A program made the position numbers and the translations under genes. Shown here piece after piece: positions 20,998 to 30,459 of a stretch of DNA of 64,000 nt. Under the pieces are notes generated by a model, which saw nothing but the letters and a program-made list of their open reading frames with translations, had not been told where the DNA came from and ran no database searches. How positions within the stretch are numbered: position 1 is the stretch's first letter; each line of letters begins with the position of its first letter. Source of the stretch: a virus. Where the stretch lies: positions 11,619 to 75,618 of IMG/VR virus record IMGVR_UViG_3300050821_023931; one strand, written 5' to 3'.

Positions 20998-22671
20998 ATG
21001 CGTAGCAGTAAATTTATAAAGTTGGATGTTGATGTTCTAATGGAATGGATATATGATGACCAGAATTTTTTAACAGAGGATTATCGTGTTGTAGTTAATA
21101 CCATAAATGATACTAGAGCTTTTAGTCAGCAAGCCATGACAGGACTTGTTAATACTGTTACAGATAATCAGACAGAGAACAATTTATTTCCAATTGATGT
21201 AAATAAATGGGGTATCCTTGATCCTAATCAATCTACTAACCGCTATAATTATATTCAATATCAGGAATATCCCGGAAATGTCCCAGAAAGATATGATATT
21301 GTAGTATTACATTTTCCTATTGAATATACTTTTACGAATTATTTAGGTGTAGTACTTGAAATTTCTTGTTTAAATTATTCACAAACAGAAAAAATAACTT
21401 TATCAAATTACTTTTTTGATAAAACAATTGTTTCAAGAAATTCTGATTTAGGTCTTACTGCACCACCGTTTATGTTTGAGGAAAGAATGTGGGGTAAGAA
21501 TATACAGATTATGGTACCATCACCTTATTATGTTTCAAGAGAGGTAGTACCAAGTACTGCTTATGGAGTTACACCGGGATCTATAAATGCTGATCTTGCA
21601 GGTAATACAGGAATTGGTTTATCACCACAATCTCCTATTTTTGTTGATTTTGGATTCCTTACAACAAAGAATACTACATTGTTACAAACGGCATATTATA
21701 GTACGGTTATGTATGGTGTAACATTACCTCAGGTACCTGATTTTGCAACCTTAGCTGTTACTATTGCTCATGCAACAGACGGTGATTATTTTGAGATAAA
21801 TGGTCTTTATAACGGAGATATAAGTGACTTTAATAACTTCATGATACAAGCAGCAAATAATGGAAATAGTAGTTATATAATATTTGATGTAACCGTGACT
21901 GAGAAGACTAGTGTTACAGGAACTTATTCTTTTCAAATGACTGAAAATTGGGAACAACCTATTACATTCAGACCTATAATATTTTATTCAAATACAACAG
22001 CTGCTATACAAGTTACTATGCGTATAGTTCAGAATACTGACCAAACAAATATACTTATTCGAACTGTAACATATGCTATGTTACAGAATGAAGTTTCTAA
22101 ATATTCAAGGAATCTTACTAAGATAAATGTTGCAAATACTTTCAAGCCAAAACTTTATAATGCTAAACCGGATCAGATAATTTTTAATAATGCTGATCAG
22201 AGACTTACCAAAACTCAGACTATTCAAGTACCTTATCCTGTAATATATGACAGATTTAATATTTTAGTTAAGAATTTATCTGAACAAGTAAATGATACCA
22301 CTTGGTATGGTCTTGGTCAAAGTCAAATTTTATTATTTCCTTCACCATCTGACAATATTGTAAAATTTGCTATTGGTAAAGGTTCTACAGCTGCTGGTAT
22401 GGTACCGTTTCAAATACAAACTGGTGCTGATGTAGAATTAGTATTTAAGTCAGCTTCTAAATTAATAAAAGCAAGTCTTTGGGTTGAATCAGGACAAGTT
22501 GACTTTACACAAGGTATGATCGTATTTCGTATCTTAGCCAATCAAATGGATGATATTGAAAAGATAGAAAAAGATGGTTTCGATCAATATTATATTACTA
22601 TTACAGATCCTGTTTCTACAGTAACAACAATCCTTTATGCTGGAAGATATTTATTATATAATACAAAATAA
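20998..22671 (+). CDS. Putative virion structural protein
   Basis: 557 aa, T/N/Y/beta-rich composition like neighbouring structural ORFs; no recognised family. Confidence 0.6.
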   Translation: MRSSKFIKLDVDVLMEWIYDDQNFLTEDYRVVVNTINDTRAFSQQAMTGLVNTVTDNQTENNLFPIDVNKWGILDPNQSTNRYNYIQYQEYPGNVPERYDIVVLHFPIEYTFTNYLGVVLEISCLNYSQTEKITLSNYFFDKTIVSRNSDLGLTAPPFMFEERMWGKNIQIMVPSPYYVSREVVPSTAYGVTPGSINADLAGNTGIGLSPQSPIFVDFGFLTTKNTTLLQTAYYSTVMYGVTLPQVPDFATLAVTIAHATDGDYFEINGLYNGDISDFNNFMIQAANNGNSSYIIFDVTVTEKTSVTGTYSFQMTENWEQPITFRPIIFYSNTTAAIQVTMRIVQNTDQTNILIRTVTYAMLQNEVSKYSRNLTKINVANTFKPKLYNAKPDQIIFNNADQRLTKTQTIQVPYPVIYDRFNILVKNLSEQVNDTTWYGLGQSQILLFPSPSDNIVKFAIGKGSTAAGMVPFQIQTGADVELVFKSASKLIKASLWVESGQVDFTQGMIVFRILANQMDDIEKIEKDGFDQYYITITDPVSTVTTILYAGRYLLYNTK

Positions 22672-22682
22672 TACAAAATAAT

Positions 22683-22841
22683 ATGGAAGAAAAGAAATAT
22701 GTTTTAGAAGGTGTTTTTACTGAATTTGGTAATACATCATCATATCCTGGAAGAATCTATGGTCTTCATGTTTGGGATAAGAAAAAGAAACGTTGGAAAG
22801 TTGATCCTCTATTTGAAAAAGAATTGGGTATTCAAAAATAG
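22683..22841 (+). CDS. 52-aa protein resembling the N-terminus of T4 gp21-type prohead protease
   Basis: Hand-translated MEEKKYVLEGVFTEFGNTSSYPGRIYGLHVWDKKKKRWKVDPLFEKELGIQK*. Confidence 0.5.
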   Translation: MEEKKYVLEGVFTEFGNTSSYPGRIYGLHVWDKKKKRWKVDPLFEKELGIQK

Positions 22842-22859
22842 TTTTTGTAATTTTACTTT

Positions 22860-23192
22860 ATGATTATAAAAGTATATGACAAAGTTATTAAAAACGAAGG
22901 TAATTGGGTTCCTAACGAATTTGATGCCTGGGGTCGAGGAGTTGGTATTGGAGAAATAATATCAATTGTTGGAAATTATGGTCAGATTCGTTGGCCGAAT
23001 GGTATACATTTAGAAAATCTATCACATTTGAAATTAATGCCTTTAAAAAAGAATCATATTATATGTCCTAAATGTAAATCAACCGATACTTATGAAACAG
23101 TAACAATAGAAGGTTGTAATAACTGTGGATTTTTTAAAGATTATCATAATTGGGATCATAATGAACCAGATTTTTACTATGAAGAAAGTTAA
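22860..23192 (+). CDS. Hypothetical protein with C-terminal zinc ribbon
   Basis: CPKC...CNNC. Confidence 0.65.
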   Translation: MIIKVYDKVIKNEGNWVPNEFDAWGRGVGIGEIISIVGNYGQIRWPNGIHLENLSHLKLMPLKKNHIICPKCKSTDTYETVTIEGCNNCGFFKDYHNWDHNEPDFYYEES

Positions 23193-23201
23193 ATGAATAG
23201 T

Positions 23202-23480
23202 TTATAAATCCATATCACTTGATATGGTTATCCCGAAATTCATACCATCACTATTTACATATTTTGTATAAGATCTTCCGTAAGATCCGGCATCAGGTTG
23301 TTTAACTGGTTGTGGTCTTGATACTGGTTCTGCTCTTCTTGAACAATCTATGACGGGCACAGAACTATTTGGTGCTGGATTATTTTCAATTATTTGTTCT
23401 TGTGTTTGAACTACAGTAACGGTATAATACTTATTAGTGTAATGATTTAATACTTTCCCCTGATTATTGTTATAATACAT
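23202..23480 (-). CDS. Hypothetical protein
   Basis: 92-aa ORF preceded by CATATATAA on minus strand. Confidence 0.55.
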   Translation of the reverse strand: MYYNNNQGKVLNHYTNKYYTVTVVQTQEQIIENNPAPNSSVPVIDCSRRAEPVSRPQPVKQPDAGSYGRSYTKYVNSDGMNFGITISSDMDL

Positions 23481-23548
23481 AAGGCTTTTTCTTTTTATAT
23501 ATGAAAAGATTTGGCTGAACTGATATATAATGAAAATAGAAATTATTT

Positions 23549-24757
23549 ATGTCATTAAAATACTTTGATTCATTTAGCAAGTTTTTAGAAAATAAAACTG
23601 AAGCTGGTGATACAGATATAAAATCTAAATTTCTTAGAAGAGATCCAGATAAACTTATTCATAAAGCTAAGGATAACATGTATTCTTTAAATTTTGATCA
23701 CGCACTTGAATTATTTTCTAAAGCTTTCAGGAATGCTAGAGAAGAGGATAAAGATGAAGCTGTAGAAGAAATAATGTCAGCTATAGATTCATTTGAAGTA
23801 GAAAAATTACCTAATCTAGATGATGATCAGAAAGAAGAGTTTAAAAAATTTGAAGATGATTTAGATTTATCTTTTATTGAATCAGATAGAAAATTAAAAG
23901 CTGCTTTAAGAAAGATTGATAATGCTGAGGATAAAATTACAGATGCTGAAGAAGCTCTAAAAAATAAGGATCTTATAAAAGCTGCTGAATATATTAAGGA
24001 TGCTGAAAGAAAAATAGATAAAGCTTATTTTAAGAAAATTGAAGATAGTGAAGCCTCTGATGAGGATAAAGAAACCGTTAGACATAAAATAGCTGATGTA
24101 ATAAGTAAAATAGCAACTGTCCAGGCTGATATAAAAGAAGAGACAGAAAATATTAGTGATGAAGCTGAAAAGGAAAGAGTCAATAAAAAATTAGATAAAA
24201 GAGAACTTGAAGTTGTAGCTAATTTAGAAGATCCTACTCTACCTTCAGCTGCGGTTGGTACAATAGGTACACATATTAATAATACGGAGCAAACAACAAA
24301 TGAACCAGCTAAAACTGATGATACTGTTAAAAGTAATGTTACTACTACTTCAGAGACTGAAAAAGCAAAAGAGGAAGATATAGTAAACAAAGAAAATGTT
24401 CTTCAAGTTGCTTTAGATCCAGAACTATATAAAAATCCTAAATTTAAAAAGACTTTAAATGAAATAGATGCTAATAGACTCGCAATAATTCTATGGAATG
24501 CTATGGATGGGTTAGGTACAAATGAAGAAATTTTATTTAATGCATTACGTTCACCACAGCTTAAAAATATAGCAGATTATTCATATCTATCCGATGTTTA
24601 CAAAAAAATATCTGCTCAAAAAGGAGATGATCCAGTACAAGATCTTTACTTAGCAATATATGATACTCTTATGGGTCAGACAGAATTAACTACTTCTGAA
24701 AGAGATGAATTAGCAGATATTATACTTAATAAGATTAAAGACTCTTTTAAAAAATAA
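23549..24757 (+). CDS. Putative internal virion protein: helical/coiled-coil with C-terminal annexin-like repeat
   Basis: N-terminus KYFDSFSKFLE; LWNAMDGLGTNEEILFNAL resembles the annexin GxGT-(D/N)E repeat; GATATATAA upstream. Confidence 0.6.
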   Translation: MSLKYFDSFSKFLENKTEAGDTDIKSKFLRRDPDKLIHKAKDNMYSLNFDHALELFSKAFRNAREEDKDEAVEEIMSAIDSFEVEKLPNLDDDQKEEFKKFEDDLDLSFIESDRKLKAALRKIDNAEDKITDAEEALKNKDLIKAAEYIKDAERKIDKAYFKKIEDSEASDEDKETVRHKIADVISKIATVQADIKEETENISDEAEKERVNKKLDKRELEVVANLEDPTLPSAAVGTIGTHINNTEQTTNEPAKTDDTVKSNVTTTSETEKAKEEDIVNKENVLQVALDPELYKNPKFKKTLNEIDANRLAIILWNAMDGLGTNEEILFNALRSPQLKNIADYSYLSDVYKKISAQKGDDPVQDLYLAIYDTLMGQTELTTSERDELADIILNKIKDSFKK

Positions 24758-24766
24758 GTACTATAA

Positions 24767-25345
24767 ATGCAACCAAATTCTAATAATAGTCAGTTTGTCT
24801 TTTGTTTACCAACAGATTTTGTTCCAGATGTTTTGGAATATAAATATAGAAAACATTTACAAAATTATCATCTACCTTTTGAAACTGTAGTTGATTATTT
24901 AAATTCATCGATAAAAGAATTTGATATGCCATCTTTAACTTTTCAGACAGTCGAGCAAACTACTCGTTATGGAAAAAAAATAGGTTATAGAGGTGGGGGA
25001 AGCCCATATGATGTTTATAATAATAAACTAAATATCACATTCAGATCTATTAATAACCATGCTAATTATTTCATTATGCGAGATTGCTTAATGTATCATT
25101 ATATAAATTCATCTAATATATTTGTATCACCATTTCTTGTTTATGTATTAGATTTTTATTATAATGAAAATTTTATTTATACTTTTAAAGAATTAATACC
25201 TACTGGTTTAACAGATTTTAAATTGGCTTATCATGATCAAGACAATGACGAAAAAATATTTTCAGTAACGGCTATCTATAATTATTTAGAAATAGAATAT
25301 TTACTTCATGATAAGCCACAACTTCCACCAAAAAAGCATCTATAA
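24767..25345 (+). CDS. Tail-tube-like protein (gp19/gp48/gp54 fold)
   Basis: IKEFDMPSLTF...LNITFR...YTFKELIPTGL..FKLAY...FSVTAIYNY pattern typical of T4-type tube proteins. Confidence 0.65.
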   Translation: MQPNSNNSQFVFCLPTDFVPDVLEYKYRKHLQNYHLPFETVVDYLNSSIKEFDMPSLTFQTVEQTTRYGKKIGYRGGGSPYDVYNNKLNITFRSINNHANYFIMRDCLMYHYINSSNIFVSPFLVYVLDFYYNENFIYTFKELIPTGLTDFKLAYHDQDNDEKIFSVTAIYNYLEIEYLLHDKPQLPPKKHL

Positions 25346-25370
25346 CTATTATTAGATTCTTAAAAATTGT

Positions 25371-25769
25371 ATGGAAGAAAGAAACGAAATCCTTAAGGCC
25401 AATATACTTGCCTTATTCAAATTATTTGATAATGCTACACATGTAATTGTAAATTATATGATAAGTCATAATGCATTTACACAGAATTTTCAAGATTTGA
25501 TTATTAATAATAATAAACTTACTCAACTCTCGAAGTTAGAAGATCCGAAACCACCATTTTTTCATTCTCAAAATGAAATGCATAATTATTATAATGATCT
25601 TTTTGTACAACCAAAACATGAACCGGTTGAACCTAAACCTGTACCCTTCAAAAATGAAACTGAGTGTTTACAATCACAACTTATAGAAGCTTTAGCAAAA
25701 GAGGATTATTTAAAAGCAGCACATATCAGGGATTATGCTAACGAATTTAAAATTAATTTGCAAGCATAA
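25371..25769 (+). CDS. Protein with C-terminal UVR (UvrB/UvrC) motif
   Basis: LQSQLIEALAKEDYLKAAHIRD. Confidence 0.7.
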   Translation: MEERNEILKANILALFKLFDNATHVIVNYMISHNAFTQNFQDLIINNNKLTQLSKLEDPKPPFFHSQNEMHNYYNDLFVQPKHEPVEPKPVPFKNETECLQSQLIEALAKEDYLKAAHIRDYANEFKINLQA

Positions 25770-25831
25770 TCAAAACTTTATTTTTAAAACCAATATAACT
25801 ATAAGTTAACCACTTTTAAATATAACTATAA

Positions 25832-26986
25832 ATGATTAGAACACTAGAACCAGAAATTGATATCTTCGATGATATTACATCCTTAATTAAGGTAAGAAAG
25901 GGTGAAAAAATTTTAAGTAGAGAACCTTATGCTGCCGAGCTTTATAATTTAATGCTTGGATATGACACATATGATTCTTCTACGAATACTTTAGCAGAAG
26001 GAGATGTTGTTGAAGGTAGAATAGTTCAAATGACAGAACTGTATCTTGCTGTTGACATTCGCTCAAAAGATTATCTCTATATTGACATGAGGTCTGATGA
26101 GTCTCTAGCAATTAGAGAATCTGGTAAAACTATTGGTGATAAAATATCTGTACTTGTTACACATTTTAAAACTGATCCATATGATGCTAGAGGAAGTTTT
26201 ACTAAGTATTTAAGACAAGTTGTTGAAGTAAAAATGAAGGAGGATTCTGATACTGAAACAATGTTCAAATGTTACATCAAAGAATTGACTCCGGCTGGTT
26301 ATCTTGTTGATATTGTTCGTGAGGGTCTTAAATTTGCAGCCTTTATGCCTAATACTCTTGCTGGTGTAAATAAACTACATGATCCACAATCATTAGTTGG
26401 TACCACAATGGATATTATGTTAGATGGTTACAGTTATGAAAAGAAAACCTTCATTGCTTCCAGAAAGAAATATTTAGAGACTTTGATTCCTTCAACTATC
26501 AAGAAAATGGATATCACTGATGCTGAAGGTAATTATTTACCATACGAAGGTGTTGTTACTGGTGTATCTGATTTTGGTGTGTTTGTTGAAGTTTATGGTT
26601 GTGTTACTGGACTTATTCATAAGTCTAATATTGAGCCTGAACTTAAAATTGATACAATTCAGCCAGGTAAAATTATAGCTTTCTATATTAAAGAGAAACT
26701 AGCTAAGAAATTAATACTTACTAGAGTTATTCGTGAGACAATTTGGGATACCATAAGAGGTGGTCGAATATACGATGGTATAGTGAAAGATATTAAATCA
26801 TTTGGTGCTCTTATCCGTTTGGATGAAGAAACAATAGGTCTTATACACAATTTAGAAATGGTAAAAGGTGGCTTTACATTAAAAGCTGGTGATACTGCTC
26901 GTGTAAAAGTTCTTTCTGTTAATAGAGAAGATAGAAAAATTTTCTTGACTATGGCTCCTAAAAAGACCTCTAAACCAGCTAAATAA
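25832..26986 (+). CDS. rpsA: Ribosomal protein S1-like (four S1 domains)
   Basis: EGDVVEGRIV; AGYLVDI...AFMP; YEGVVTGVSDFGVFVEV..VTGLIHKSNI; YDGIVKDIKSFGALIRL...GLIH...VKVLSVNREDRKIFLTM. Confidence 0.85.
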   Translation: MIRTLEPEIDIFDDITSLIKVRKGEKILSREPYAAELYNLMLGYDTYDSSTNTLAEGDVVEGRIVQMTELYLAVDIRSKDYLYIDMRSDESLAIRESGKTIGDKISVLVTHFKTDPYDARGSFTKYLRQVVEVKMKEDSDTETMFKCYIKELTPAGYLVDIVREGLKFAAFMPNTLAGVNKLHDPQSLVGTTMDIMLDGYSYEKKTFIASRKKYLETLIPSTIKKMDITDAEGNYLPYEGVVTGVSDFGVFVEVYGCVTGLIHKSNIEPELKIDTIQPGKIIAFYIKEKLAKKLILTRVIRETIWDTIRGGRIYDGIVKDIKSFGALIRLDEETIGLIHNLEMVKGGFTLKAGDTARVKVLSVNREDRKIFLTMAPKKTSKPAK

Positions 26987-27009
26987 ATCCTGCTAACAAG
27001 TAGGTAAAC

Positions 27010-27044
27010 AAAAACCTCCAGTATATTTTACTGGAGGTTTTTTT
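27010..27044 (+). terminator. Intrinsic terminator after rpS1-like gene
   Basis: AAAAACCTCCAGTA-TATTT-TACTGGAGGTTTTTTT. Confidence 0.9.
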
Positions 27045-27060
27045 ATTATGTAAATTGTTT

Positions 27061-27068
27061 TATATTTG
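27061..27068 (+). promoter_or_regulatory. Bacteroidota housekeeping-sigma -7 element (TAnnTTTG)
   Basis: TATATTTG 21 nt upstream of DHFR; same element at 32859(-), 41375(+), 41391(-), 51533(-), 53484(+), 60674(-). Confidence 0.65.
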
Positions 27069-27089
27069 TGTTTATAACAAAGTTTTTAT

Positions 27090-27596
27090 ATGAATGCTAT
27101 TGTATGTGTTGATGTTAATGGTGGTATCGGTTTAGATACAGATCTCTTATTTCATTTCTCAAAAGATATGAAACGATTCAAATCTCTTACTCAGAATTCC
27201 GTAGTAATTATGGGTAGGAAAACTTTCGAGACTTTTCCCAGTCCTTTGAAAAATAGAATAAATATTGTTCTTACTAAACAAATTGACTATGTTAAAGAGG
27301 GTGTTATCGTAACAAATAAAGAAAATATTAACAGTATTTTAAGTAGGCCTGAATTTAAAGATATGTCTGTTTGGATTATTGGTGGAGCCGAGATATATGA
27401 GTTATTTCGTGATGAAATAACTTGCTGGGAAATAACATATGTCCCAGAGGTTGTTGAAAGTAATGTGAATATCAGTGAACTTATTAAATGTATAAGAAGT
27501 ACTTGGTATCGGTCAGAGATAACTGAAAATATTGATTTTGATAAAAAAACTGATACAGAAAAAACCTTTTATTTTGAAACATATAAACCATGCTAG
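27090..27596 (+). CDS. folA: Dihydrofolate reductase
   Basis: AIVCVDVNGGIG, DMKRFKSLT, VIMGRKTFET, PLKNRINIVLT, WIIGGAEIY. Confidence 0.95.
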   Translation: MNAIVCVDVNGGIGLDTDLLFHFSKDMKRFKSLTQNSVVIMGRKTFETFPSPLKNRINIVLTKQIDYVKEGVIVTNKENINSILSRPEFKDMSVWIIGGAEIYELFRDEITCWEITYVPEVVESNVNISELIKCIRSTWYRSEITENIDFDKKTDTEKTFYFETYKPC

Positions 27597-28240
27597 TAGT
27601 AGAATCTAAATATAGAGAAATTGCCCGGTATATCATTTTCATGAAAATGGCTGAGAACCTGGCTAAATTAAGTTGTGATCCTAAACGGCAGGTTGGAGCT
27701 TTGCTTATTAAGAAGGACTTTAAAAATGTTATTAGTATTGGTATCAATGGTACTATACCTGGAGCATCAAACAGACGTTCTAGCATGGAGACAGGATCTT
27801 CCGGACTGAGACATGCTGAAAGGAATTGTTTGGTTATGGCTAATGTTACAAACCCAAAAGAGTATATGTTATTCTGTACTTTATCACCTTGCCCAGATTG
27901 TGCTGGTGATATTGCTGTAGCAGGTATTGATACTGTTTATTATAAGGATATTTACCCAAGTGGTTTTAAGGCTGGCCAGATAGCCATGACAGAAGCAGAT
28001 ATTAATGTTGAATCTATATGGGCTAAATTAAACAGACTGTTTACCGATATCGTTCATGGATCCATGGTCCTTTACAGAGAATCTTTTTATAGTAAAACTA
28101 TAACTAATGAAGGTGTAACCATATTAACAAAAAAGTATCTCGAAAAATTCGGGATACCTTTTGATGATAATTTAGATATGACAGACTGGAAATACGACTT
28201 TGTTGGAAGTTTTACCAAATATCTGTATAGTGTTGTTTAG
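27590..28240 (+). CDS. dCMP deaminase
   Basis: LSCDPKRQVGALL, GING, HAERN, TLSPCPDCA. Confidence 0.92.
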   Translation: MLVVESKYREIARYIIFMKMAENLAKLSCDPKRQVGALLIKKDFKNVISIGINGTIPGASNRRSSMETGSSGLRHAERNCLVMANVTNPKEYMLFCTLSPCPDCAGDIAVAGIDTVYYKDIYPSGFKAGQIAMTEADINVESIWAKLNRLFTDIVHGSMVLYRESFYSKTITNEGVTILTKKYLEKFGIPFDDNLDMTDWKYDFVGSFTKYLYSVV

Positions 28241-28578
28241 TATTTATTAAACTCGGCGTAGATGTTATTAACTTTTTTAACAAGATTTTCATCCGCTACT
28301 TCGTTTCTCAACATACTTCTGTGGCTATTTAAAATAGCGATCATGTGACTAAGTTTAGCAACAAGATCTTTGTTTTTAATTTCAGTCTCTTCAGGAGTAG
28401 TTGCTGCTGGTTCAGCTGGTGTTTGATCTTCACCGAAATCAACTGAATCGTTAGTAGTTGAAGCTGGTGGTGTAGCTGTTCCTGATGAGGAAGCTGTAGT
28501 TGTTTGTTTATCTTCTTCGAATTCTAAATTTTCATTAGCTTTAGTAAATTCGTGGAATGATTTAAGTTTTCTTTCCAT
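28237..28578 (-). CDS. Putative internal head protein
   Basis: N-terminus KLKSFHEFTKANE; S/T/P/A-rich linker; AGATATATAA upstream. Confidence 0.6.
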   Translation of the reverse strand: MERKLKSFHEFTKANENLEFEEDKQTTTASSSGTATPPASTTNDSVDFGEDQTPAEPAATTPEETEIKNKDLVAKLSHMIAILNSHRSMLRNEVADENLVKKVNNIYAEFNKY

Positions 28579-28677
28579 AGGTTTTATTCTGTTTTAAGTA
28601 TTTTATAGATTTATATATCTCAGACTCTATATATCAATTGTAATTATGGTGAAAATATTTTTTGAATATATAAATAC

Positions 28678-28842
28678 ATGAGTGATATAAAATTAGATAC
28701 AGCAATTAAATGTTCTAACTGTGGATGTGTGACCAATGTTGTGAAAACTTTATGTCCTATAAGTGAGACAAAAGGTAAACAATCTTATATTAATATATGT
28801 ACAAAATGTTTTCTTAAAAAGTGTTTATCTATTTTTAAATAA
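28678..28842 (+). CDS. Small Cys-rich zinc-finger protein (54 aa)
   Basis: Hand-translated MSDIKLDTAIKCSNCGC...ICTKCFLKKCLSIFK*; GAATATATAA upstream. Confidence 0.55.
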   Translation: MSDIKLDTAIKCSNCGCVTNVVKTLCPISETKGKQSYINICTKCFLKKCLSIFK

Positions 28843-28878
28843 ATGCGTGAGGGAGCCAGCGAACCCTTATAGATACTA

Positions 28879-29220
28879 GTGATGAAAACTATTTATCTTA
28901 TTCGTTCAATATCCAAAGAAGGAGATCCTACCTACAAAATTGGTATAACAAGTAAAGAATTTGTATCCAAAAGATTACAAGAATTACAGACAGGTAATGC
29001 AGGCGTTTTAGATGTTTTATATCGGTTTGAAACTAAGATTGGTGAACAGGTTGAAAGAGCTGTACAAAATTATTATAGCGTTGGTCGATTAAACAGAGAA
29101 TGGTTTGATATTGATTATCTAAAAGTAGATGATTTTTTAAGTGTTTGTGAGAAAACAGAAAATAATATAGCCTTGATGATTTCGGAGAATACATACTTTC
29201 AAAATAAAAGAGGCTTTTAG
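28879..29220 (+). CDS. T5orf172/MUG113-type GIY-YIG protein
   Basis: IYLI...YKIGIT...KRLQELQTGN...E...REWF. Confidence 0.85.
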   Translation: MMKTIYLIRSISKEGDPTYKIGITSKEFVSKRLQELQTGNAGVLDVLYRFETKIGEQVERAVQNYYSVGRLNREWFDIDYLKVDDFLSVCEKTENNIALMISENTYFQNKRGF

Positions 29221-29231
29221 AGCCTCTTTTT
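29206..29231. terminator. Bidirectional terminator between convergent genes
   Basis: AAAAGAGGCT-TTTAG-AGCCTCTTTT. Confidence 0.8.
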
Positions 29232-29232
29232 A

Positions 29233-29691
29233 TTAACCAATTACTTTAATATTTTCTGGTGGAACCGTTTCATCAAGAGTGATGTCACCACCTACTAAAT
29301 CAGGATGAGCATCCATATAAATATCAAATAACATATCCCAGTCGGTCTCACCAGTTTCTTCATCCTCCATTAAATCAGAATTCCAATAAGTATTTTCCTC
29401 TGGGTATAGATCATAATAACTATCAGGTGTAATTGTTATCTCTAATAGTACTGTGTCACCACCAACTCTCTGTATACCAGGATCACCTAAAACTGTATGA
29501 ATTACAGGTATTATTCTACCATAATTAGGAGAAAGACCTTCTTTCATTATATTTTCTAAATATTTAGGTTCCGTTCTGTGGTATAATTTAACACCATTAG
29601 GAAACATAGCTGTTAATTTATTTACAAAAATATCTTGAAAATACGATTCGCTATACTCGAAATTTTCAAATGTTTTAATGTAAATACCCAT
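29233..29691 (-). CDS. ADP-ribosyltransferase (Tpt1/KptA-like) fold protein with capsid-targeting-like N-terminus
   Basis: LYHRT....LENIMKEGLSP, VLLEI, terminal VPPENIKVI; N-terminus YIKTFENFE. Confidence 0.6.
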   Translation of the reverse strand: MGIYIKTFENFEYSESYFQDIFVNKLTAMFPNGVKLYHRTEPKYLENIMKEGLSPNYGRIIPVIHTVLGDPGIQRVGGDTVLLEITITPDSYYDLYPEENTYWNSDLMEDEETGETDWDMLFDIYMDAHPDLVGGDITLDETVPPENIKVIG

Positions 29692-29745
29692 GATATAAAT
29701 TTATAAATTTGATGTATATATGCTGTTTAGAATAGATGATGTTAT

Positions 29746-30033
29746 TTAGTTCTCCAATAGAGGTGTTTCTCTACAGGCTTCGGGTGTTTCCGGCCTCCAG
29801 TTGAGATGCTTCAAGAACATGTTAGTTATAAATAATTGTATATCAGTATAATTCATGTTATATTGCTTCTCAAAAACTGACCATATTATTGTATAATCAA
29901 CATAAAACCAAGCATTTTTTCTATTGTACATAACAACAAATCCATCTAAATCTTTAATCACAATATTACCTGGATATTCTTTGTCTAAAGAAACACTCCC
30001 TAACTTCGATATCAAAAAATCCTCCGCTGTCAT
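29746..30033 (-). CDS. Hypothetical phage protein
   Basis: 95-aa ORF in a leftward run of small genes. Confidence 0.7.
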   Translation of the reverse strand: MTAEDFLISKLGSVSLDKEYPGNIVIKDLDGFVVMYNRKNAWFYVDYTIIWSVFEKQYNMNYTDIQLFITNMFLKHLNWRPETPEACRETPLLEN

Positions 30034-30049
30034 TTATATGAGTTATTAT

Positions 30050-30448
30050 TTAAGATATCCATAGTGCCTCAAAAATATCTTTTTGTCTTTCTTTTATACA
30101 TTCGTCAACTCCTATAACTTTACCCATCATAAGGTCTCTGATATAAGAAAATGTTTCAATATCTAAGCCGGTTTCAGTAAGCATTTTATCTTCGTATAGT
30201 ATGTAACCACTATTCATATTTTTTGATTCATGAATAATTACAAGGAATTTATCTTCTATACCATAACAAATTCCTAAGACGTTGTTTTTAACGACTCTTT
30301 CAAACCTAAACTCCAGAAAATACATTTTTTTATTGAACTGAAATATCAATTTAATTTCTGCTGAAGCATGACCACTACCGGACAGATCACTTGCAGAAAT
30401 ATTGTTCTTAAGAATTAAATTCTTTATTTTTTGTGAAATCGTCTTCAT
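30050..30448 (-). CDS. Hypothetical protein (likely start MKTISQK)
   Basis: In-frame ATG at 30448 avoids overlap with the upstream gene. Confidence 0.65.
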   Translation of the reverse strand: MKTISQKIKNLILKNNISASDLSGSGHASAEIKLIFQFNKKMYFLEFRFERVVKNNVLGICYGIEDKFLVIIHESKNMNSGYILYEDKMLTETGLDIETFSYIRDLMMGKVIGVDECIKERQKDIFEALWIS

Positions 30449-30459
30449 TTTAGTTTTGT

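Noticed and set aside
22658-22683. Tandem duplication TAATACAAAA x2 at a gene end
   Set aside because: 10-nt AT-rich slippage-type repeat with no evidence of function or of a mobile-element target site.
28848-28870. Hairpin TGAGGG-N10-CCCTTA upstream of the T5orf172-like gene as an ncRNA
   Set aside because: A single 6-bp stem is too little to call; at most a local translational or terminator element.
29746-29820. DGR variable region or repeat remnant at the GC-richer 3' end of ORF 29746..30033 (GAAACACC twice)
   Set aside because: No template repeat or reverse transcriptase is visible in the window, and the repeat is too short to support a call.
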